DNA of 64,000 nucleotides from Thelocarpon superellum (GCA_026025795.1 JAPEUG010000002.1:1-64000), one strand, 5' to 3'; shown: positions 48,061 through 60,177, counted from the stretch's first letter. The notes: generated from the letters alone by a model not told the origin. A program made the numbers and translations.

Positions 48061-49104
48061 ATGTACCAACCACCGCCAGGACCGCCGCCGTCCCGACGGA
48101 ATCCAGCCCCGGAAATCTACAGTCCACCGCCCGGGCCGCCCCCGTCCCACCGGAGCCAGGCACCCGAGATGTACAGTCCGCCTCCGGGTCCTCCCCCGTC
48201 TCGCGTGCACCAAGGACCAGCGGGGCAAGAACCACCCCCCTACCGCGACTGGACCGACGTCCCCGACACCTCGCTCCTCCCCCCGCCGCCTATCCTGCGC
48301 CAGGAAGTCAGCCCGACCAGCAACGCGACCGAGGAAGACGCCACGCGCGCGACGGCATGGTGCGAGCGGCACCCGCTGTCGGCGCCGGCGCGGCTCTCCG
48401 CGCAAGACAGGCAGGCCATTGGCGCCGGGGCGCTGCCGCTGCTCAAGCCGCGCGAATACGTGGGCGACCTGATCCCGCGGAGCGCCAGCACGACCCAAGG
48501 CCGTACCTGGGCCGGCACCAAGGACGCCTGTCTGCTGACGCGCCTGCCGCTGTACAGCGCGCTGCACCACTCGCCGCTGCAGACGGGCGGGGCGAGCAAG
48601 ACCATCTACTTCGAGGTGCGCGTGCACGCCCTCGGCCGTGACGGCGACGCCAGCGACAGCTCGCTCGCCATTGGATTCTGCACCCAGCCTTACCCGACCT
48701 TTCGCCTGCCCGGCTGGCAGCGCGGCAGTCTGGGCGTGCACAGCGACGATGGGCATCGCTTCGTGAACGACCTGTGGGGCGGCAAGGAGTTTACCGAGCC
48801 GTTCAGGCCCGGCGACACCGTCGGCCTGGGCATGACCTTTTCCGTCTCGCGCACGCCGCCAGCCTACCAGGAGGCCAAGGCCGCCCTGTCTCAGACGCCC
48901 GCTCATGTTGAGGTCTTCTTCACCCGCAACGGCAAGCGAGTCGGCGGATGGGACCTCCATGAGGAGCGGGACGCCCGCACCGATCTGGGCGTCGAGGGCC
49001 TTGAAGGCCGACATGATGTCTATCCCGCTGTTGGCGTCTACGGGGGGGTGGACTTTGAGGTCTCGTTTGCCCCGGGGAGCTTCCTGTTTGTTCCGCCTCT
49101 GTGA
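48061..49104 (+). CDS. SPRY-domain protein, SSH4-like
   Basis: YFEV, AIGFCTQPYPTFRLPGWQRGSLGVHSDDGHRF, GDTVGLG, VFFTRNGK, YPAVG. PY motifs PPPY and PPAY. Confidence 0.85.
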   Translation: MYQPPPGPPPSRRNPAPEIYSPPPGPPPSHRSQAPEMYSPPPGPPPSRVHQGPAGQEPPPYRDWTDVPDTSLLPPPPILRQEVSPTSNATEEDATRATAWCERHPLSAPARLSAQDRQAIGAGALPLLKPREYVGDLIPRSASTTQGRTWAGTKDACLLTRLPLYSALHHSPLQTGGASKTIYFEVRVHALGRDGDASDSSLAIGFCTQPYPTFRLPGWQRGSLGVHSDDGHRFVNDLWGGKEFTEPFRPGDTVGLGMTFSVSRTPPAYQEAKAALSQTPAHVEVFFTRNGKRVGGWDLHEERDARTDLGVEGLEGRHDVYPAVGVYGGVDFEVSFAPGSFLFVPPL

Positions 49105-49200
49105 TTTACAGCGTCCAAGAGACGCGAGGATTGTTACCGTACCGAAGACCCAACTGGTCATTCTAGTCAGTCTTGGTACACCGTAAACATTACACTCGTG

Positions 49201-49311
49201 CCTCTCCTTTTCTTCTCCTCCTCTTCCTCCTCCTCCTCCTCCTTCTTCCGGCCGTCTCCCTTCCCCCCTCCTTCTCCTATTCTCCCTTCTCCTCCCCCCT
49301 CCTCCCCCCTC
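49201..49311. repeat. Polypyrimidine/polypurine (CT-rich) tract between convergent 3' ends
   Basis: About 110 nt, almost entirely C/T, including a (CCT)n run. Confidence 0.8.
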
Positions 49312-49314
49312 CGC

Positions 49315-50894
49315 CTAAATGGACTGGTCAGCGTCCCGAAAGTGCCATTCGCATTCCTCCACCGCCGCCTCCTTCAGGAGGGCGAGGACGAAGTCGTTTG
49401 AAAAGAGGAGACAGGCGTCGTTGCGTAGGCCTTCGAGACCCTTCGCCGCCATCAGATGGTCCAGCTGGCCATCGAACATCGACAGGAGCAACGACTCGCA
49501 CCCCGAACACACCAACAAGGCACAGAGGCTGCATTTCGACTCCGCCGTGCCTTTGCAGATGCTGCATGTCGCCGTGCGTTTCACCGGTGACCCTGCCATG
49601 TCGCGAAGTGGCAGAAATCGCTCATGTCTGTCGTGGCTGAGGACCTGCCAGCGCAGCGCCGCACAATCTTCGCAGATGAGGGCGGGGATGACATCGTGGC
49701 CGGGGATCCAGAGGGCGTGGCACAAGTCATCGCCCATGGGCCCCGTCACGTTGGAGCTGCACCAGCTGCACTCCTCAGGCGGCACCATGTCGAGCTGAAG
49801 GAGGATGAGGACAATGGGGGGAGGTGGAGGGGGGAGGACAGTCACGGCATCCGACGACGAGCCCGGAGACGCTGCTGTAGCAGGGGACGTAGTGGCGGGG
49901 GGAGAAAGGGCTTCAGGAGTCTTGCTTTCGGTAGACGAAGCGGTCGGAGACGTCGTTGCAGGGCGTTGATCGGACGAAGCCGGGGACGTAGACTCGGTGC
50001 TGGGGGTGGCGTCCGAATCGGGCGTCGGCTCAGAGCCGAGGAGCCGTCTCGCCGTCGCCAGCCGGCGTTCATACTGCACCACCTCGTGATCCACGATGCC
50101 TGACGACACCTCCATCGTCCATCGATCTCGGACCAGACGCTGCATCACATCGAGCGCCGATCGGACATGGCCCGGAAGGACCAGTCCGTGCCATGGCGCA
50201 TTGCGATGGGGCTGAAGCCACACGATGTGCTCGTCCATCTCGGAGCGCCAGTCAACGGCCCTCGCCCATAGCTCGAGTCGATGGAGGACCGAGGCCGAAC
50301 AGGACGGCGCGGCTGCGGACGAATGGCCTACCTGGCCCAGCGGGCGGGGGCCCAGGTACCGGCGTACGGGGAGGCGTAATTGCGGCGCTTGGCCGAGACG
50401 TCTCGGGACGGCTTTCAGCGGTCGCTCGACGGTCGTCCCGGCACCTAAACCTGTCCCTCTTAATCCTGGGACAGCAGAGGCCAACCCAGGGGATGGGGCA
50501 GCGGGGAGGCGTAAATTAGCCTCGATGAAAGCGTGGGGCCAGTCGCGCGGGCCCTTCTTGACGCGGAGTTGGATAGGATCGTCCGGGACTCTGGGCTCAG
50601 GCTTGCGGACAACAAGAGGGGAGGGAGCGGAGATCGAAGCGATGCCAGTCAAGAACTACGGAGTCGAGAGGTCAGCGGGGGTGGTGCATGCGCACAGCAC
50701 TTGCCCAGTCCGAGGTGTGTTGCGCGGTGACCTACAGGCATTTTGGACGCTGTCCCGTCCGTTGCAACGCTGTACAGGCCAGTCGGAGCAGGGAGAGCGC
50801 GGTCGCGGGCCTCATGGTCACAGATGCACGGAGCTCCGTGAGCGTGCGTGGCGCAAGGCTCTCGACGACGCCGTCCGGGGCGGCGGGGCGGCAT
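49315..50894 (-). CDS. Uncharacterised protein with a C-terminal multi-CxxC cluster, 2 exons (50894-50736, 50655-49315)
   Basis: A GTAGGT...GCTGAC...TAG phase-0 intron links an ATG exon to the 445-codon ORF. Motifs CSWC, CEDC, CSIC, CSLC and CSGC. Confidence 0.65.
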
Positions 50895-51391
50895 GATTGG
50901 CGACGTGGAGAGCAGAGATAAGCCGGCGTGAACGAGAGACTTCAGCGAGGGTGGATGAGCGGGCGTGCACGGCGAGAAACGGACGAGTGAGAGAGAGGGG
51001 TGGCACTGGCCGGACGGCCCACAACCCACATCCCACAACCCACGACCGATGGGCCACGGCCAGTGTTGATGTCAATGTCGACGTACATGGCGAAGTCTTC
51101 GGCAGGCGAGGAGGGTCACCAGTCAGAGGTAAGTTCGTCGCGTCCCGTGGCTGCTGATATTTCAAATCGGGCCCGGGGGATTGCACGCTCTATCACCAAA
51201 AACACGACCTCACGGTACATCACCAAATGACTAATCCGAACCGCTTGCGTCTTCAAAGACCCGCTCTGTATTCTGAAATAGGGTATAGCCGTGGCCTCAT
51301 AGGTCAGCCAAGAGTAGAGGGAGAGGAGAAATGAAGCGCTGCCATGCTAGATCAGACCGAGTCCCACGCCACCTCACGTCCCGCTCCTTGT

Positions 51392-54300
51392 TCACGACGA
51401 GGCGCGTGCTTCCGCGGTGCTCGACGCCTCACCCCGCTCCTCCAAACTGTGGGCAATCGCTTTCTTTAGCTCGGCGTCGTGCTCGTCAGCGTCTTGCACC
51501 ATGCCCATCCCTTGCTGGTCCAGTGCTCGCTTGTGTTCGGCCTCGGCCAAGCTCTGCCGCTGCACGTACGCGAGCACAATCTCCTCTTCCGTCTTGGATT
51601 TCTCCGCTTCCGCCTGCTGCTGTCGGTGGCTGGCTTTGGAATCCTCAATGGCCTTGGCAAGCTCCGCCTCCACCTGCGGCTGTGGGTGACTGGCCTTGGA
51701 CGCCTCGATGGCCTTGTGAAGCTCCGCTTCGTGGGACGCACCCGCCTTGCTGGTCTCGGCCTTGGATGTCTCAAGCACCCGCTTCAAAGTCTCGTCGTCT
51801 TCCGTTTCCACGGCGGAATCGTCCCAATCAAGGTCCGTGCCGGAATGACGGCGTGGGTGAGGCTGAACGTGACCTTGCTGTTGCAGGCTGTGGTAGAGGG
51901 ACGAATGCAGCGCCGCTCGATGTTCTTCGCTCGTGACTGCCAGCTTCTGATAGGCAGGGTGGCCCTCGGCCGTCATGCGGCTCGCCACTAGCATGCTGGC
52001 GTTGACTGCTCGATCCATGCAGTGGGCATCGCTGAGCTGTTCTCGTTGCGCCACCACAAGCTCCGTCACACTTGCCCGGATGGCTCGCTCGATCAACGCA
52101 TCCTCGGCCGCGTTACCACACGAGGTTGACGCCACAGATTGCTGAATCGCCTCCTCGAAATGCTCGTGGTCCACGCCTGTGAGGCTGGCCCGCGGGAAGG
52201 TGTTGGCATGCTGGAGCGGAGATGAGGATCGTTGGATTAGCGTTGCGTCGCTCGAAATCGACGATGGCTCGCTGGCCTGATGTGTCGCCTTCGTGTCTTT
52301 GCCTTTATTCCTCTGCCGAATCTTCTCTCCCAGCGTCATGTGCTTGCGCCGCGGCTCAGGCTTGAGCGGAAAGGTGCAGTGATGATCCACTGGATGCACG
52401 ATCGGTTGCTCCAGTTCCGCCTGGAGGGCGTGCCAACGCTGCTCCACGTCTTCTCGCTCCTCTGGGCTGGCATCCTTCCAATCTTCGAAGCCTTGTGCCG
52501 TGCGTGCCGCTACGATGTAATTTTGGACGCTGGAGCCCCATGCTTTCTGAAGCTCCTTGTAAATGCCCATGAAGGTATAACCAGGGAGGGCCCAGATCGC
52601 TACGCATCACATCAGCCATCTCGTCCGGCCCGACCATGGGCAAGCAAGCTCACCTGCGCCCGGTTTGAGCACGACGCCTCCCAGGCCTTTGTAGAGGCCT
52701 TTGAGGAATCCCGCGGCACCTTCGTCCTTGGCTCCATGGATCGGTTGCATCACCAACCCCGAAATGCCGTCAAAGAAGCCGAAGCCGAATTCCTAAACAG
52801 GTCAGTCCGGCCCAAAGGAAGGATGATCATCCGGTGATGCGAGATGATAGACTGCGTACCTTGCCGGCAGCTTTGAGTCCGCTCTGGATCCCCGTGACCT
52901 TGTCCGGCGCTCGCACCGTCGAGTCGCCATACAGCTTCGGCGCGTTGTGAAAGCCTCGTGCAAGGGCCAACGTGAAATCCATGGGAGATCTCAGGCCCAC
53001 GCCGACGAGCCGGCCGACGCCTTTGCCCGCGCCAATGACGCTCTCGAGCGAGACCCCAGGTGAGCCAGAGCGAGTTCGGTGGTGAGAGGGCGAGTGCGAC
53101 CGCTCGGAGCGTGATCGCTCCGAGTGCGACCGGCCCAAGTGTGATGAGAAGACCTGCGCCATGGATCGGGGCCGATGCGCCGCCGGGCTCGACGGCGTCG
53201 CGGTATCTCGATCGAGTGAGGCGGCATCGATGCTATGACGGTGTTCCTGTGCCTCGTCCGCGATGGGGCTACCCGGAACGCTCGTCTGCGGCGTCGCTGC
53301 ACTGGTGCTCGGGTCGCTGATCTCCGATGCCAGAGTCGACGTCTCGCTTGAACGAACCAAGGCCGTGTCGTGGCTCAAGATCGCGACGTCCGCCACCTCA
53401 GGCGTGGACGCTGAAACCTCGGTCGCGGGGGTCGACGCAGTCACCGAGGAGGCCACTGGGGTCAAATTCCCGCTTGCGTGACGACTTGGAGTCGGCGTTG
53501 ATGTTTTGCTCTTGCCGTGGCCTTCATCGACCTTGTTCTTGACCGCCCTTAAGATCTCGACCGGGAAGTCGGCGACGCCCATCATGAGGCTCCCTATAGT
53601 TCCAAGCAGTGCCGTTGCCCCTCCGGAGATTGGATCCCACGGTCCGTCTTCCGACTCGTATTCGCGTGGGCGATATCTACTTCCATCAGCGCCCGTCGAC
53701 CATCCCAGGAGGGTGGCGTTCCAAACTTACAATTTGAGGTCCGTAAACTCCAGCAGCCCCTCATTGACAAGCACCGTTGCCGCCAGGGCGCTCAGCCGGA
53801 CTTGCGTCCGTCGAACTCGCCAGACAGCTATCCGGCTTGGCGCGAGCGAACAGCGTAGGTGGTCGATGTCCAGATGCTTGTGGAAGCTGCGCGCGCCTTC
53901 CTCGGCGCCAGATTCCTGAGCGATACTCGCCCCGAGTTTCGCCGCCTGCTCTTGCGCCGCGGGCTTGAGTGCCGCGAGGATGGAGGCCGCCAAGACATCA
54001 GCCGTCAAGTGCTTGTAAGCGACCGGCACTGGTCCCGCACCCGCCCGTGCTACCATCGCCCCCCAGAAGGGCTGATCTCCAAAGAACGGGACAACGACCG
54101 TCGGCTTGCCCAGCGCAATCCCAGCCGCCGTCGTGCCGGCGCCTCCATGATGCACGACGCAGGAGACGCGTTTGAACAGCCAATCGTGCGGGATGTTGCC
54201 AAGCATGAAGACGCCGTCGGGCAGGCCGACCTCCCCGGCCCCGAGGCCGCCCCATCCCTGGGAGACGAGGGCCCGGACGCCAGCCTTCTTGATGGCGCCG

Positions 54301-56091
54301 AAGATCAGGCGTGTCATGGCGTCGGGGTCGTCGACGACGATGGACCCGAACCCGATGTAGACCGGGGGCGGCCCTGCCTCCAGAAAGGCGACCAAGTCGG
54401 GGTCAGGAGTGTAGGACGAGGCCAGGGAGAGGAAGTAGAAGCCTGAGATGGAAATGTGCGGGCCCCAGTCCTTGGGCTTCGGGATGAGGGCTGGCGACCA
54501 GCAGTAGGTGTAGGGAATGCGCAGTCGACTGGCCATACCGGGCGCCCAGACCTGGCTGACTGGTTCCAGCTTGAGGCTCGACTCACGGAAACGGTTGATT
54601 ACGTCTCCCAGGCCCTGCCAGGTCAGCATCTCCACGAGCGCGTAGGAGACGAAGTTGGTCAAGCTGGAGTCGGCGTTGGACGACTGGATATTGGCCAACG
54701 GATGCGGAAAGGCTTGCGTCGGCGACCATGGCATGCTGCCGCACGAAATGTCCCGATTAGTGACCAGGGTGGAGGATGGGGCCGCGGATGGGAAAGGGGA
54801 GCGCTCACGTAAACATCAGATGGAGCGGAATGCCCAGCTTCTCCGCGCAATGGATGTGGGCAAAGCTCGGTGGGTTGGCGATGATGGCGTCCGCCACAAA
54901 GGGCCTGACGTGACCGCCGCCCATGGAGACGCCGCTGTCGACGCTCCCATAGTCTTCGGCGTAGTCGTCTGTGGGCGCGACGCCCATGCCATCCCCCGCT
55001 TCGATACACGATCGCCAACATCCTTTGAGAATCTCGTAGATGCCACGGCGCCGGTTGCCGACGTCACCGCTGCGGAGCGATTCAAAGCCCGGCATGAGAC
55101 CGGGGTTCTTGACCATGAAGGCCATGAGCTCGGCCGGATCGCCGCTGATGCTGAAAAATTCCAGGCCGTTCTCTTCCACGAAGCCTTTGAAATTGGGGTG
55201 GGTTGCCAAGCGGACGCGGTGGTTATATTTCTCTTTCAACGTCTTTCCCAAGGCCACAAAGGGCTGCACGTCACCACGCGAGCCTACCACCTGAATGACC
55301 ACGTTCAACGGGGGCGGCGGGGGCTGGCCGGGCTCGCCCGCCAGCGCGGGCGGGATGTAGCCTGGTGGTGGACTTGTTGGGTGCTCATGGTCCTTGTGTA
55401 TCTGCCCCCGCAGCAAAGGGGCCAGTAAGTTGGTCAATCTCCGCGAACTTTGGTTAATGTTGATGTTGACTCGGCCATCATCTGGTCACCTGTTAGCCTA
55501 TCTGCCGCGCCTCCCACACAACAGTTGAGGGAGCGTACGGGCGATGTTGGCCTCAGTGGTGAAACCCTCTTGTTGGATATCCAGTCGACTGGGATCGTCT
55601 GTGCCGTACGCTGGTGGAGCGGGCTGCGCTTCTCTCTGCTCTAGCTTCGCATGAGAGCTCGGGCTACGAACGTCAGCGATGTGCCTGAACCTGCGCATCC
55701 GTCTAGAGCCTTACATAGACTCTTTTGAAGGTTCACCGGTGGATGCCTCCACACCGGTAGAGGCCGGGGCGGGATTGCCCGGGGCATTCGAGTCAGGTGG
55801 CGCGGGGATCGCCGCGGATTGCTCGGCTCCGGCACCATTCGCAGTTACAGGCGCTGAGTCCGTAATCACCAGGCGCGGTTTCGTCGGTTGTGATTGCTCC
55901 GTCGTAGGAGGTGACTCCGTCGTTGGAGGGTGCTCCACCGATGGGGTCTGCTCCCCCGCTGGGCCCGTTGGGGTCTGCTCCACCGTTGGGATCTGCTCCA
56001 CCGTCGAAGGCGGTTCCGCCGATGGGAGGCGCTCCGCTGGCGTTAGCGCTGGCGCTGGCACGCCACTGTTCGAATCCATGGGGGAAGCCAT
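51392..56091 (-). CDS. GT1 sterol-glucosyltransferase-like UDP-glycosyltransferase with C-terminal UIM-like repeats, 7 exons
   Basis: VVGSRGDVQPF, HRVRLATH, IIANPPSFAHIHCAEKL, VYIGFGS, PHDWLF, VHHGGAGTTAAG, PFFGDQPFWG. Introns 55714-55664, 55538-55482, 54808-54736, 53730-53677, 52859-52793 and 52653-52600 all keep the frame. Confidence 0.9.
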
Positions 56092-57504
56092 GCCGACCCA
56101 GACGAAGGTGGGAGGGCTCGCGTGGGACAAGGCTTCCTCCAATGGGGACGAGGGAGGAGGCCGCAAGGTAGGATGCGGGAAGGATGTTCTTTGGACGATC
56201 AACCGCTGGGTATAAGAACTGGATTGCCCGGATCAGGCAGCCGTGGTGCAGAGTCGGACGGCGTGGGGCGGGGCAGGTAGACAATGTAGCAGCAAGCTCA
56301 GCATGACGACGACCGCATTCGTTCGAATCCCTACCGGGCGGTGGGCGAGTAATCGTACGTAGAGTCTCGAACGCAGGTGCTGATCCAGGCGGAGGTGATG
56401 AGGGGAGCAGTGGGTGGTCACGGCAAGGTCAATTAATACGGAGCACGCAGCACATACCCTGCGAGCGGTGCAGACGCCCGGGCGTAAACGGCTGTACTAA
56501 CGTACTCTGACGGGATGCATCATTCTGGCAAGTCACCAAGGCCGGGTCTGGCAGGGTCGGAGGGTGACCGGACTACTCGACCGCGCAATGGCGGAAAAGG
56601 CTGGGTCGGCGGCGTTAGATGCCGATGCTGCGACGTCTACTCGTCCTCCCCCCTAAAGTCTGGCGAGGACGGGGAGCCAGGAGCATGTGCATGTGCGCCT
56701 CTGGTCCGCTGGACCCGTGGCCCTGGCATCCGACCAAGGAACCCAGCGACGGACCAAGTTTAACGACCTTACGACCACTCCTGATAGTATCAGATCCTGA
56801 ACTGGACCGAGCCTGCAATCGCTTGTAGGCCCTCTAATAATGACGCACATGCTTGCGTTTCGCCTCTTCATGGCAACCGCTTCGGCCTAGGGCGAAGTGT
56901 GCGAGGTGCGAGGTCGAAGCCAAGGCGACTTCGGGATTAGTTGGAATGCACGCCCCTCTTCTACAATCCGTGTGCCACAACCCCGGCCAAGTCCACAGTG
57001 ATTGCTACGATTGAGGCAGAGGCAGTGGACCATGCCGTTCAAGACGGCTGATCAAGGTGCCCTCCGAGTGGCGCATCGTTGATTCCACCATTGGAGGCTA
57101 ACGATAATGGCAAGGTCCGGCAGTGTGTGCCGGACGGAGGGGCGCGGAGCAAGTCGGAGGCCGGGGGCCCGAGTCCGAAGGCGGCGGCGGCGGCAGGGCG
57201 ACGCGAGACTATGGGATGGCATCCTATTCACCAACTTTCAAAATGTATGGTGGGGCAACAATAATAGGGACAGGCCATACCTCGGCTTGAGGGCAACGGT
57301 CAAGCTTTCTGCATGGTCGTCTGGCTATCGCTCGTAGCTTACCATACAGCCACCTACGACGCTTGAGCATGAGGGCCTTCTAGAGTAGCTATCGGAAGCG
57401 CATTGTGCTTGAGCGTCGCTCGTACGCTCACAACGCCACACATAGCGCAGAGTTTGGGGTGGGTAGCGTCGACGAGTCGTCGAGAACACAAGTGGCGTGT
57501 CGCG

Positions 57505-58692
57505 ATGGATCATCGAGCTTTGAGCCGGATTGATCCGGAGCTGGACGAGGTCGGTCGGTCGAGCGAACTGGGGAGTGATGCATTCCTGACCGGAAACGCA
57601 GCTCTTCCAACGTCGCCCGCCGGCGACGGACTCCACCAAGGACATCTTAGCGCAACGTCAGGCGGCCGGCGACCGTAAAAGGGCCCTGGTCGCCGCCGCC
57701 GCCTCAATTCCTCCCGAGTCCCTTGCCATCCATGAACGGCACATCCCCACGCGAGATGGCACTGAGATCGCATTGCGCGTCTACACTCCCAAAACGGCCG
57801 CGGTCGCCGACGGTCGCCCCGGATGCTTCGTCATGCTGCATGGCGGCGGATTCTGCTTCGGGGATCTCGACAGTGAGCAGATCAACTGCACGAACATCTG
57901 CAAGCAAATTGGCTTGGTCGTGGTCAATGTTGCCTACCGTCTGGCACCCGAGCATCGGTTTCCCACTGCTCACAACGATGGCTACGATGCGGTGAAATGG
58001 GTGGGGTCGCCTACCTTTCCAGTGCTGCCAAGTCGATTGCTAAATAGCCATCGGCGTTCTAGGTCGCTGCTCACGCCTCCACCATCGGCACCGACCTGTC
58101 CAAGGCCTTCATTCTTGGCGGCACCTCAGCTGGGGCGAATATCGCAGCCGCGATCTTGCATCAAGCGCGGGATGTCGGCCTTTCGCCGCCGCTTACAGGC
58201 GCGTGGCTATCCGTTCCCACCGTCGTGTCGGCGTTCACCGTTCCCGAACAGTATCGATCCCAATTCCACAGTTATGAGCAGAATAAGGATGCACCCATCC
58301 TCAGCCGTGCGGACCTGGTTATGATCTATGGTAAGAGGCGCACGCTGGGAAGGAATGGCGGTCGCCAGCTAATGGGTGATGATGGCGCAGACGCCTACCG
58401 GCCCGAGCCCGAGTCTCCCATTTTCTCACCGCTCAACTATCCTACCGGTCACAATGGCCTTCCCCCCACCTACTTCCAGATCTGTGGGATGGACCCGCTA
58501 CGGGATGAAGCGTTCATCTTTGACCACGTCCTCCGCGAGTGTGGCACTAAGACCAAGGTGGATGTTTATCCGGGCCTCCCGCATGGTTTCTGGTCGGCCT
58601 ACCCGTCGCTTTCCGCGAGCAAGAAGCGAACGACGGACAGCGTGGAGGGCGCGCGTTGGTTGTATGATCAAGGGGGGAGGGGATCTTCTTGA
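57505..58692 (+). CDS. Alpha/beta hydrolase fold-3 esterase/lipase (HSL family), 4 exons
   Basis: HGGG oxyanion hole, YRLAPEHRFP, GTSAG nucleophile, GMDPLRD acid, GLPHGF His. Introns 57550-57601, 58001-58062, 58331-58390. Confidence 0.9.
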
Positions 58693-59129
58693 CGCGCTGG
58701 TGAAGGTCACGATCGACGGGACCGACGGCATAGCTGACCAGACAGATTGGCGGCAGCGCTGATACGTCAGGGTATCTTGGTTAGTGTCTGGCATGGGATC
58801 ATATGAGCAGTTCTTTCCGAGGACCAGATGATCTGTAGACCAGACATGCGCGGTGAGTAAGTTGTGACGGTGATGTGGTTGGCAAAGAGGGCGGTGTTGT
58901 AAGACTGCCCAAACCGGCAAGGCGTCTGGCAGAAAGCCGGGGCGGTGACGTACGGCGAGCCAGCCACAACTGGAAACGCCAGCGCCGCAATTTGTAAGGA
59001 GGCTGCATGAACGTGGGAGGACAAGAAGTGTCCATGCCTGTACGAGGCCTTCCTCACCCACCGTCGCACCGGCACCAGTTGTTCCTGTCACCAGACGTCG
59101 GACGCCGAGGACTCCGACCAGCTTCCGCC

Positions 59130-60177
59130 ATGGCCGACGGGACCTATGTCCCGATTCCGACGGGCCCGCCTCCACCGTATGATTCCTCGGCACCGCCGGT
59201 GGATCCGTCACGATCCGCCACCTCGGGGTCCAAGGGCGGCCCAGCATTGGGGCCCGGAGCGACGGGCGAGCGAGAACGAGGCAAACTGCCTCCCGTCGCC
59301 GGCCGGCCGCCACTTCCTTTTGAGCATCCGACGCTGGTCAAGTTACGAGGGAAGCGCGTGGTCCTCGCCTCGGCATCGCCGCGACGCAAGCAACTCCTCG
59401 CCCAGGTAGACCCTCCCCGGCCTGGGCGGGTGGATGCATCTGCCATGGGTGAAGCATCACGTTAACACAGCGCGTGACGATAGATGGGGCTCCACAGCGT
59501 CGAGATCATCCCGTCCACGGTACCGGAGGCGTTTCCGAAGTCGCTGGCGCCCTTCGAGTACGTGCTGCAGACGGCGACGCAGAAGGCCATGACGGTATAT
59601 CGGCAAGAGATTGACAACGAGGAGCGCGGCGAGCCGGGCCTGGTGCTGGCTGCCGACACGGTGGTGGTGTCGCAGCTCGGGGAAATCCTGGAGAAGCCCC
59701 GTAGCGAGGCGGAGCATCTCGCCATGCTGAAGACGCTGCGCAATGGCGGCACCCACAGCGTCTTCACCGCCGTGGCAGCCATGGTGCCCCTAGAGACAGC
59801 GGCCACCCCGGGCTACGTGCTGGAGACATGCGAAGAGCAGACGGTGGTGCGATTCGACAAGAATGGTAGGTCGTCGTGGTCGTCCGCTCTAGAATCTCCT
59901 CATCCCGCACGTCGCTCACCCGCCACGCCGACAAACAGTGACAGATAAAGAAATCCTCGCGTACGTGCAAACGCGCGAAGGCGCCGACAAGGCCGGCGGA
60001 TACGGGATTCAAGGACTGGGGGCCATCCTGATCGACAAGATCGACGGATCCTACGACAACGTCGTCGGCCTGCCGCTGCGCGCCACCTTCCGACTGATTG
60101 AAAAGGTGCTCGACCTACAAGAAGAGCGGAACCGAGACGAGCTCGATAGCGATGGGGATGAGGACCTGCTGAGCTGA
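59130..60177 (+). CDS. Maf-family nucleoside triphosphate pyrophosphatase (dTTP/UTP, ASMTL-N type), 3 exons (59130-59405, 59484-59865, 59939-60177)
   Basis: VLASASPRRKQLL, AADTVV, ILEKP, DKAGGYGIQG, GSYDNVVGLP. Confidence 0.9.

Noticed and set aside
56321..56330. GTTCGAATCC tRNA T-loop-like motif
   Set aside because: No T-stem pairing, D-arm or acceptor stem around it.
51392..60177. Glycosyltransferase plus esterase as a secondary-metabolite cluster
   Set aside because: No PKS, NRPS or terpene backbone gene in the window, and the flanking genes are housekeeping.
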